A program made the translations under genes and the position numbers. The notes under the pieces are model-generated. The model saw nothing but the letters and a program-made list of their open reading frames with translations. It made no database searches and was not told where the DNA came from. A DNA stretch of 63,765 nt, filler included, from Octopus bimaculoides (Eukaryota), in the NCBI RefSeq assembly GCF_001194135.2. It is 8 parts of 8 records of this genome, joined end to end, with 100 filler letters (N's around TTAATTAATTAA, not from the genome) between each part and the next. Parts side by side here need not be neighbours in the genome. Positions count along the whole stretch, not along the records: positions 48,986 to 55,744 come from NC_068982.1; positions 55,845 to 60,081 come from NC_068987.1; positions 60,182 to 63,765 come from NC_068984.1; 5 more parts are not named here. One strand, given 5' to 3'. How positions within the stretch are numbered: the stretch's first letter is position 1; every line of letters starts with the position of its first letter. Below, one piece after another: positions 49,930 to 60,546 of the stretch.

Positions 49930-50400
49930 CTTTTGGGTCTATTCTCTTAGTTTTTCTTTTAATATTTTACCCGGTATAGTTATTAATATAATTCCACTAT
50001 AATCGTCCTTCTTAACATTTCTGTATTTGTGTACCATAATACTTATTTCATTGATTCCTCTGTACGTGCAAATCTGTGTATCCTGAAAGCTAGTGATCTT
50101 TGTTTCTTTACTTAACGTATTTATGTCCCCCATTAATTTTCTTTAACCGCTTTATATATGTCTGAAGCCTACACGCCCTGAAGCCTGCAAGCTGTTTCCT
50201 ATTACACAAGTTGCTTGTGGATAATAACAGTAATGCTGAATATATTACATGCTTAAACTTGATACCCAGCTACAATGTTTCCGCAGACAGTATGTATTTA
50301 TTCTTTCCTGATGTAACATTTTTCTTTATAGATTGGTTAGTTGTTTATCGTGATCCATCTTCAGCGATACCCTTCTGTTCTATTGCATTATTTTCTCTTC
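49930..50400 (-). mobile_element. Highly decayed LINE RT N-terminal remnant (RTE/Jockey-like)
   Basis: KNVTSGKNKYILSAETL resembles KNNKAAG.DGI.AEML. HKYRNVKKDDYSGIILITIPGKIL resembles HKKGD...NYRGISL..IPGKIL. Confidence 0.5.
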
Positions 50401-50833
50401 TGTTAGAATCTTTGCGACGTTAACGCGAGTTCATTTGTTATAATGTGAGGTTTTATTATTTGTTTTAAATTATCGTTTCGAGTGTATCCTTTTTTCGTGG
50501 TAAATTATTGAACATCTTGTTCAGGGAATTCTACGTTCTCCATCCTTTTGCATTTTATGTCTTACATATTTATTTTTGTATAGAACTCACATTAAAATAA
50601 TTCTACGTTAGACAGTTCATTATACATTCTGAGATAACGAATAAGATTTTAGCTGCTATTTCATCTATGAATAAGGTTGATGAGTTTTGGGACTGCACAA
50701 GTCTTATCCTTTACTGCTTCCGTACTGATAAAATCATTTTGGCTTATTTTATTCGCCTTCGTTTTATCTTATTTGTTTAAATATTTTGTTCAGTTTATCC
50801 TTACTTTCTGCGAGCTTATTTTATTTAATACAT

Positions 50834-51290
50834 AAGCGCATGCGTGGCTGCATGGTTAGAAGTTTCTTTCCTAACCACATGGTTGCGTGTCCAGTCCCTC
50901 TGCGCGGCACCTTGGGCAAGTGTGATTCACTATAGCCTAGGACCGACTAAAACCTTGTGAGTTAATTTGGTAGACGGAAAATAAAAGAAGCCCGTCATAT
51001 TTCTATATTTGTGTGTTTATATATATGTGTGAGTGGGGGGATGGGTGGTGGTGGTGGTGGTGGTGGTGGTGGTGGTGATGTGCCTATGTGTCTGTGCCAA
51101 CCACTGCCTGACAACCGTTGTTGGTGTGTTTATGTACCCGTAATCTAGAGGTTGGGCAAAAGAGGCCGAATGAATAAATGCTAGATTTAAAAAGAAAAAG
51201 TATTGATGTGGAATCTTTGGATTAAAATTCTTCAAGGCGGTACTCCAGCATGGCCACTGTTCAATGAGAAAAACAAAGTAAAAGATAAAG
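50834..51290 (+). mobile_element. SINE family A, full length, diverged, internal (GGT)n
   Basis: Head, body and tail align with 8627-9044. Confidence 0.85.
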
Positions 51291-53089
51291 AAACGATGCC
51301 GTTCGACTGTTTAACCGACACGATGAACAAGCGATCGATAAGTTGCTTCGAAAGTTACCTAACCCATTGACTAATTATAATAAAGAAATTAAAGTTGGGC
51401 GTGCTTTATCTTTGTTGACATAATGACTTTCTTATGATACAGAAAAATCCTATGGCAAAAATGTTTAAGTTGAAATTTCCTATAACATGAGACCCGTTTG
51501 ATTTGGAATAATGGTGGAATATTTTGGTTTGGCAGAGTATCAGCTTTCTTCTCATGAGAATAATACGAGAATGTGATTTTAGATTGCGAGGTCTAATCAC
51601 ATGATGATATATCAAACAATTTCTATACCAGCTTAATTTTCAATAATACAAAGTATGTTGGTGATTTGGACGCCATTAAATATTTAAGTTACGGGTAGGA
51701 ATAAGTCCGAGGTATCTGCCTCTACGATACAGCAGCTACGCAAGAAAATACTACGGTTCCCCAAAACAATATAACCTCGAATTATGAAAGAATATAAATG
51801 GCAACAACAGGAACAACTTGAACGACCGGTTAAAAAACACATCATTGCATTTCAATTAAGTGACATGTCTTGCGTAACAAATAGCGTGGAACTGGCGTGG
51901 AGAAGCTATTCCGTGTACAGATCATCACATTTCTCATGTGTCGAGGACGTGTTATCAGGATAGCTCTTTCGATCAGATTTACAAGCGAAAATGTAAACTA
52001 ACTGGATAGTGAATGAGCCTACAGAGAATGGAGCGATCGTATCAGATCAGTTCGATGACAAAAAATGGGAAACAAAAATAAGCACAGGAATAACAGATGT
52101 GTAACAAAAACAAATAAAAACATCAATTGCAAAAACCATAACAAAAGTAGCAGCAACAGCAAAGTCAACAACAATAAACATTAAATACAGCACCGAAAGC
52201 AGTAACAACAAATATCCGTCAGTTTCTCTATTGTTTACAAGAAAAAACGGAAGTGATACAATTCAAACAAACGACGGAGTAGAAATAGATTAAAATAGGT
52301 GGAAATCCTCACTTAAGCGCCGAGTACAGACTTCTAATGAGGGAAACATCATGAGTATATCGACCCTTGCTGGAGAAATTCATTACACAACCATTCAAAA
52401 ATAAATCAAGCATCAACAATGCCGAAAGTGTCTTAAGTAAATTCAAAACAAAATTCACTCCAACGCCAACCCTGTTGGAAAGTCGAGAGTGAATTGCAAT
52501 ATAACTTGTAGCGTAATAGACATAGAAAACGTTGTTATCTTCTGAACTGCTTCAGGTCAATAGGCGTGTATATGTAAAATCACCTTTAGTAAGTACAGAA
52601 CTGTACTCGCTTCGAAAAGACAACAGGTATTTTGACTTGTGTAGTAGAACCAGATCAGGTGGAATTGAAGTCTTTTTGTAATATTTTGGATATCATTTTG
52701 TATTAGAATAGTATGTCAGTGTCTACATGTGTGTAGAAATAAAGACAATACCTTGCCTTTAGTGAATAACTATGCATCGGGCCGAGCGTGGTGGTTAGAC
52801 TACCTCAGACGTTTTACTGTGAGATTGGATATCCTAAGAGATTAGCTACACAGGCCACATATAGGTGACATACAGGGATGCATTTCTTAGAAGTTCCTTC
52901 ACTGCACAGAACACGCAAACCAGACCATCAGGGTAGTTAAACAGGAAGTGACGAAATAATCACCAACAGCAGATTAAAATATCATAGAAAGATAAATATT
53001 CGGGCATAACCTGACAGTTTTCTTGATGAAGTTACGATAGAGAATAATGTGAATATATATGAGTGTGTGCGTGTATGAGTGTGACTGCG

Positions 53090-53330
53090 TAGTAAGAAAC
53101 TTGTCTGTCCTTGTGGTGTCCACGTCTATGTTTAGGGCTTTATGCCTAATAAAGGAATCGGTATTTCGTCCGTCCCTATGTTCTGTGTTCAAATTCCACC
53201 GAAGTCGGCTTTGCCTTTCATCTTTTCGGGGTCGATAAATTAATTGCCAGTGAAACACTGGGGTCGATGTAATCGGCTGGTCCCCTCCCACCAATTTTAA
53301 GGCATTGTACTTATAGTAGAAAGGATTATA
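53090..53330 (+). mobile_element. SINE family B (partial) preceded by a subfamily tail fragment
   Basis: GTATTTCGTCCGTC...GTTCAAATTCCACCGAAGTCGGCTTTGCCTTTCATC. Confidence 0.8.
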
Positions 53331-53496
53331 TATATATATATAGAGAGAGAAAGAGAGATATGCATACCATTTATGTTTGATTATTTCATACGAAAATTAA
53401 AAACATTTTGGTAAATTGTCACTGCATCTACTGGCATTTTATTAAACTGCATCCATTCACCCACCTGTATTTAGGAGAGGTAACAATATCATAACA

Positions 53497-53698
53497 TTGG
53501 TTTCAAATTTTGGCACAAGAGCAACCATTTTGGGGGTGGGGGTAAGTCGATGACATCGATTTCCTCCCGTAGTGTTTTGCTGGTACTTGATTTCTCGACT
53601 CAGAAAGGATGTAAACTCAGATGGTAACAACGGCCGAAATACCGAAAAAAAAAAAAAAAATTCCAGCGCGCTAACGATTCGGCCAGCTCACCGCCTTA
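53497..53698 (-). mobile_element. SINE family B variant
   Basis: ATTGGTTTCAAATTTTGGCACAAG...GCTAACGATTCGGCCAGCTCACCGCCTTA. Confidence 0.8.
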
Positions 53699-54814
53699 AT
53701 ATTATAATACAGTAAACTATATTATAGTATTTTGGATTAAAAAAGAGAATAGAACATGCATACATACGTTCATACATATATGCATGCATACATGCAAATA
53801 TGCATACATACATTCATACATAAAAACTGAAAAACGTTAAGGAGTTGAACGCAATGTCATCGGATGAAACTTGAAAATCATGACCACTCAAGACATAGCT
53901 GAAGAGATATAAAGTTGAAAATAAAATTCCAACGAATATCTAAGATATTAACAAATACACGATAGCTATGTTGTGAGTAAAAGCACACATACTGGATCAA
54001 TTTTTTTCAAATTATTTTTACACCTTTAGATTTAGTGTGCTAATGAGCTGAGATTGTTGTTTTACAAACGAATTGTTTACAGATTTGTCGGCATCTTTAA
54101 AATTTCCGAATACATTTAATTCTCTACAGACCGTTATAATATTTCCCATTTTTCAAGACGATAATCTTTATCGATAAATTTTAATGTCGACTGAATTTTG
54201 ATATTATGAGATTATCATTTTTTTTGTTTGTTTAAAATGTATCTTAGATGTTTCTTCCCATTAAGGATAAACAAAATGTTTTCCTCTGCATGCATACACA
54301 CTCTTGTAAACAAATATCAAGTGAACACAGATACAAGAATTATGTATTTAAAAAGCAAAAAGTTCTGAAAAAATGTTAATGTTGAAAACGATTAAGAACT
54401 ATATTTATATATGAAAGCACATACATGCGTATACACAGACACCAACAAACACACGTTGTATGCATATGACATATCAAATGGAGATATTTGATTATAACCA
54501 TCATTTTTTTCCCTTTTTGTTGCAAAACATTACAACACGGAAATTTGCAGTCGAATAAGCTATAATCTAATGTATATATCTTCATAACTTGCACAAAGAT
54601 ATTAGGAAAGAAAAACACAGTACGTTTATAAAACTTTGCAAAAATATTTCAATCTCGTATCTTTGAATTGTCTCTGGAATTTCACAGAGCGTATATTTCA
54701 GTCTTTTTTATTGATACCTTATTTGAAGTTTCCAGAAATATAATGTAAGCATTTATTCTAAGAAATCTTTGTGTCTTTCAACAATGTTTTCTTGTAGTCA
54801 CGTATCGAATGGAT

Positions 54815-55232
54815 AAGGCGGCGTGCTGGCAGAATCGTCAGCAGCTTAATGACATTTCGTCCGTCTTTATGTTCTGTGTTCAAATGTCACCGAAGTTCAC
54901 TTTGCCATTCATCCTTTCACCTTCGATAAAATAAAATACCAGTTGAATACAGAAGTCGATATAATCGACTTACCCTTCCCTCAATATTGCTGGCCTTGTG
55001 TCAAAACTTGAAACCAATATTTATGTAAGGTGGCAAGCTTGCAGAATCCTTAGAAAGCCGGGTAAAATGCTTAGCGGCATTTCGACTTGCGTTCAAATTC
55101 CGCCAAGATTGACTTAGCCTTTTTATCCTTCGGGTCGATAAAACAATTATCAATTGAGCACTGAAATCGATAAAATCGACTTGTTCTCTCCTCCGAAATT
55201 TCAGGCCATATGCATATAGTGGAAAGGATTAT
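54815..55232 (+). mobile_element. Two tandem SINE family B copies
   Basis: Copies at 54815-55020 and 55027-55232, each beginning AAGG(C/T)GGC...GCAGAATC. Confidence 0.85.
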
Positions 55233-55465
55233 GTATCAGATGTAATGTCAAGTAATATGAACTTTTAACTTTTCGTTTTCAAAATTTAAAAGCCTCAAAA
55301 TCTCTGTAGAACATTTAGAATAGTTTATATAATTTGTATTCCGACGTTGTTAACATATGATGGAGCAGAAGAAATTAATAATTATGTTGAACATTTATTC
55401 TTACTATCAATCTTATTTGCCCAAATGTTCAAGATTTAAGACATAACGAACACATCAAGCTCGTC

Positions 55466-55496
<31 letters not shown>

Positions 55497-55499
<3 letters not shown>

Positions 55500-55696
55500 C
55501 TTTTATTCTTTTACTTGTTTCAATCACTTGACTGCAGCCATACTGGAGCACTGCCTTTTGTCGAACAAATCGACCCCAGGACTAACTCTTTGTAAGCTTA
55601 GTACTTATTCAATTGGTCATTTTAGCAGAAACGCTAAGTTACGGGACGTAAACACACCAGCATCGGTTGTCAAGCAATGTTGTGGGGACAAACATA

Positions 55697-55700
<4 letters not shown>
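55497..55700 (-). mobile_element. SINE family A 3' half (runs into (CA)n and a spacer gap)
   Basis: TTCTTTTACTTGTTTCA...GTTACGGGACGTAAACACACCAGCATCGGTTGTCAAGC. Confidence 0.9.
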
Positions 55701-55744
<44 letters not shown>

Positions 55745-56527
55745 NNNNNNNNNNNNNNNNNNNNNNNNNNNNNNNNNNNNNNNNNNNNTTAATTAATTAA
55801 NNNNNNNNNNNNNNNNNNNNNNNNNNNNNNNNNNNNNNNNNNNNTTCATGCAACGAGCCAATTTCTGTTATTTATTCAGTCTGGTGCCACAGTGTCCAAG
55901 TGTCAGAATCCAGCCTCTGAATCCGTTAACAAAAGAAAAAAATATTTACTGAAATAAGACTATCAACATGAAAATAAAAGAAAACAAGGAAAAGCAAACT
56001 GCAGACATAGTCTCGATACCAAGAAATTTGATCAGGACAAAAAACGGAAGTCGGAAAAAAATATTTGTATAAATGAACAAATAAATGAAATCAACAAAAT
56101 AATATATTTCCAATAACGATAAATATTTGGTAAATAATTACAATAACAGTGATAAAAATGTCCAAATCGTGCACAACATCACGAAATTGATAAAGATGCA
56201 GTCGGTTTGTTTGATTCCAGCACATGGCCGCAGTCAATTTTTTTTTAGATAGAAATGAAGGGAAAACAATATCTTCGCTTTTGACAAAATATCTTTACAC
56301 ACACAGACGCGTGCGTGCATGCACATACGCGCGCGCGCGCACACACGCACATATCCACACAGATACTCACATTCACTCCTTCACACCACACAGATACACA
56401 CACTCATACACGTACACACACACATACACACACACATACGCATACATAGTCATGTACATATATTCGTGTGTGCCTATACGTATAGATGGATAAGTAGAGA
56501 GATATACAGACAGACAGATAGACAGAC

Positions 56528-56591
<64 letters not shown>

Positions 56592-56901
56592 TGGGCATCT
56601 TAGCGTGGATATACTGTTAGAAAGCTGCATAACTGCGATTTCAATCCCGATAGAGCATCTCGTATTGAAGTATACAGCTAACAAACACAGCAGCATTATC
56701 AGTAGCAGACGAAAAGTATCAAGCGGCAGCGGGAGAATGGCTTAATCTAGATTTCTACTCCCTTGCGTGTCATCAGTAGCAGGTATTCACTAGAAACTGT
56801 ATACTTAGGCAAAAACAGTGATTAACAAATCACTGGTGCTGCAAATAGCTGGGTGGGGTGGATAAAAATTCTACAGCAGCTTTAGTGTCCGTCGCTTTAG
56901 A

Positions 56902-56943
<42 letters not shown>

Positions 56944-56953
56944 NNNNNNNNNN

Positions 56954-57192
56954 ACAAAATTCTGTATATATATATATTACGGAGATGTACTTGCATAGCA
57001 AGTGACCTGATCTCTGAGATCGTGTGCTGGAACGAAGACAATTGCAGCGTGGAAGGTGTTTATAAGCCATTTAAAATAACACACAAAATCCGTTAGATTC
57101 ACTTCAGCATTTAAATTTAATTTGTCAAAATATTTTCGTCGCTTTGAGACCGCAACCTGTTCACTGACAAAATTCTGTATATATATATATTA
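56954..57192 (-). repeat. 213-bp period repeat unit bounded by an identical 26-bp direct repeat, containing a hammerhead-like motif
   Basis: ACAAAATTCTGTATATATATATATTA occurs at 56954-56979 and 57167-57192. The left copy abuts a 10-N gap. Confidence 0.85.
57121..57171 (-). ncRNA. Candidate minimal type I hammerhead ribozyme with a G3-C8 swapped core
   Basis: Minus strand: TTTGTCA-GTGAACA-G-GTTGC[GGTCTCAAA]GCGAC-GAA-AATATT-T/TGACAAA. This gives a 7-bp stem I, a 5-bp stem II and a palindromic stem III. Confidence 0.7.
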
Positions 57193-57344
57193 TGCTTACA
57201 TACAAACATATATGTATATACATATATATACATATACATATATGTATGTGTGTGTATTCCAAGTTGTACATATTGATTTTACTTTAAGGACATATTGATA
57301 TATTGTGTAGGACAATATAGCATTAAAATGAAACAATTCTGAAA

Positions 57345-57391
57345 GCCTTGCGAGTGGATTTAGTAGACGGTAACTACTGAGAAAGAGCACG

Positions 57392-57450
<59 letters not shown>

Positions 57451-57650
57451 TGTATTTGACCACACACCACTATTGTTTAACAACCGGTGCTGGTTTGTTT
57501 ATGTCCCCGGAAATTAGCGGTTCGGCAAAGTGACAGACAGAACAAGTACCAGAACCAAAATCAAAATAATTAAGTACTGGGATCGATTTGTTTGACCAAA
57601 ACCCTTTCAGGTGCCGTCCAGCATGGCTGCAGTCTAATGACTGAAACAAG
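57345..57650 (+). mobile_element. SINE family A, 3' two-thirds, internal (TG)n
   Basis: GAGTGGATTTAGTAGACGG...TTAGCGGTTCGGCAAAG...CAGTCTAATGACTGAAACAAGTA. Confidence 0.85.
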
Positions 57651-58009
57651 TATAGATACTAGAGTGTCATCTGTCATGTGACGGGTAACTCTGGAAGTTC
57701 ACTTTCGCCACCATAGGTAATGTCAAAAAATAAAGCATACGTACAATAATCATCATTTAACCTTTATCAAATTTCTTGATGCTTATGCAAATTGATGGTA
57801 TGAATACTCATTTCCAAAGAAATATTTATTACCTTACAATAAAATTAAATAAAACAAATTTCTCGTTGTATGACTCCTCCCATAACTACTCGGTAATTTA
57901 CTCCTCGTTCTCCACATGTGTTAATTCTTTTTTTCTTTTTTCTTTTTTGCTTTCTTCCTCTCTTTTCCTCTATATATACTTGATGTAAAATGTTACTGCA
58001 GAAATTATA

Positions 58010-58670
58010 GATATATATAATGTTACATTCCTAAATGTAACTACACGTGGTCCGTTGGCGATTTTTCTTTCTCCTGCTTCCTTTTCCTTTTGGGCTTTCC
58101 TATGCTTCCTGTTTCCGAAGAAGAGCTGTGCTTGAAATGTAAAACAACCACTCTTTTCCTTCTCGAGCGTCTTATTAATNNNNNNNNNNNNNNNNNNNNN
58201 NNNNNNNNNNNNNNNNNNNNNNNNNNNNNNNNNNNNNNNNNNNNNNNNNNNNNNNNNNNNNNNNNNNNNNNNNNNNNNNNNNNNNNNNNNNNNNNNNNNN
58301 NNNNNNNNNNNNNNNNNNNNNNNNNNNNNNNNNNNNNNNNNNNNNNNNNNNNNNNNNNNNNNNNNNNNNNNNNNNNNNNNNNNNNNNNNNNNNNNNNNNN
58401 NNNNNNNNNNNNNNNNNNNNNNNNNNNNNNNNNNNNNNNNNNNNNNNNNGATCAAGCAAGAAAAAACAACAACATGAGGACGTAGAATATGTACAGTGTT
58501 ATTGGACGCTCAGGAAAGGAAAGAAAAGAAAGAGGATTTCACGTTTCGAGCGGAGCTCTTCATTAGAAATATAAAAAAAAGTCCAAAGAAGGGAAAACGG
58601 AGAAAGGAAATCGCCAACGATACACACGCGGTCACATATTTAAAAAAATATATATATATAACGCCCGTGC
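58010..58670. mobile_element. Inverted pair of Penelope-like terminal-repeat sequences around a gap, each with a decayed minimal hammerhead
   Basis: Arms ~58010-58179 and ~58497-58670 are imperfect reverse complements. Hammerhead-like motifs lie at 58111-58145 (+) and 58536-58570 (-). Confidence 0.7.
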
Positions 58671-59364
58671 CTGTATATAAATGTGGTGGATGCCGCATTA
58701 TCTTCAAGGATTCTTGGCAGATTTATCCAAAACAATATCTCCTAATTTGATTTATTGTAGAGGGGCTTAGGATGTCAACTTATACCTCCTATAAAAGTTG
58801 ATGGCTGATATAAGTGCTAATATCCAGTAGGCTGCTCAGGGTATTGATGACGAAGTACTCAGCAGCCGTTTCCAGAACAGATTCACGTCAAGACTTATGG
58901 ATACTTTTCATAGACCTTAGGCTGCCATTGTCATCGTGGAATATAGGCGCAACAATTTTATCAGTCTAAAGACGAAACTGTTCTCTTCATCGCACTTTTG
59001 ATTCAGTAGTAGCACTCAACATGCCCCTCTTCCTGCCAAATTTTCGAAAATAAAAAATCTACAAAGAACTACTGAACATATAACATTTTAACATATAGAC
59101 GGGGTTTCAAGCACATATATTTACAGTTACAATTTGAAAAGCCACAGAAATATTGAACACTTGATCTTAAATGACAAAACAGTGTCATTTAATAACGAAG
59201 TGCCAAAGGCAACTTTGATTCCTCTTTTGCTAGCGTTGCAACTCAAAGGGAGATTGCCGACATGAAACGGCTCCAGACAAAAACATATCTGTGAAAGCAG
59301 TTATGTAACAAAAGAGAGTACATTATTGAGAGTACATTATGATAAAGGAAAGAGAAACATGTTT

Positions 59365-59824
59365 TATTTTTTACTTGTTTCAGTCATTAGAATGTAGACA
59401 TGCATGGGCACCATCATGAAGAATTCCTAGTCAAACAAATCGACCCCAGTACTTTTTTAAAGACAGGTACTTATTCTATCAATCTCTTTTGCCGAACCGC
59501 TAATTTACAGGGACGTAAATACACCAACACCGGTTGTCAAGTAGTGGTAGGAGTGGTAGGGATCACAGACACAAACACGCGCGCGCGCGCACTCACACAC
59601 ACACACACACACACACTTACACACACACATTTACACACACACACACACACACACGCACACATATATGACGGACTTCTTTCAGTTTCTGTCTACCAAATCC
59701 ACTCACGAGACTTTCGTCGACCCGAGAGCATAGTAGAAAACACATGCCCGAGGTGCCAGGCAGCGGACTGAACCTAGAACCATGCGGTTGGAAGCCAAGC
59801 TTTTTAACACACAGCTACGCTTCC
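59365..59824 (-). mobile_element. SINE family A, full length
   Basis: Reverse complement of 8627-9044 with an internal (CG)n(CA)n tract. Confidence 0.9.
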
Positions 59825-60322
59825 ACCTTTTTGTTTTTTTATTTTTTTAAGATTACCATATGCTCTCGATAGAGAAGCTGGAGGTAGCCTTGAATTTAGA
59901 TTTAGGATGTACTAAATGACGCGAGCAAAATGTTGCAATAAATTAAAATTTGCCCCTTAGTTGTAGTAAGACAAGAAAAGAAAAACAACTGCTTTCACAA
60001 GAGAAAAAGTAATTTCCAAAAATTAAGGTTCTAATTTACATAAGATTTAATTTTCATTTCTAGCAGGAAAAAGGTGAATTTNNNNNNNNNNNNNNNNNNN
60101 NNNNNNNNNNNNNNNNNNNNNNNNNTTAATTAATTAANNNNNNNNNNNNNNNNNNNNNNNNNNNNNNNNNNNNNNNNNNNNAAATATGTTTAAAAAAACC
60201 TCATTTTAAAATATATTATAAAATTATATATACATATACACAAAAAAATACTCTAAACATACAAAACACCATACACACACGCATATACGCATACATACAT
60301 ATATACATATATATACATGTAC

Positions 60323-60359
<37 letters not shown>

Positions 60360-60515
60360 TACACACACATACAAAACATCACACAACATATACACACATA
60401 CACACGCACACACACACATATATATATATATATATACACATATACATACATATATGCACATATACATATATATATATATACATATACATATACATATGTA
60501 TACACATACACACAC

Positions 60516-60546
<31 letters not shown>

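Noticed and set aside
58825-58866. Small hairpin GGCTGCTCAG...TTGATGACGAAG...TCAGCAGCC
   Set aside because: It lacks stem II for a hammerhead and a properly placed D box for a snoRNA.
8627-59824. Recurrent repeats as a CRISPR-like array
   Set aside because: They are dispersed, diverged retroposon copies in eukaryotic DNA, with no regular spacers or cas genes.
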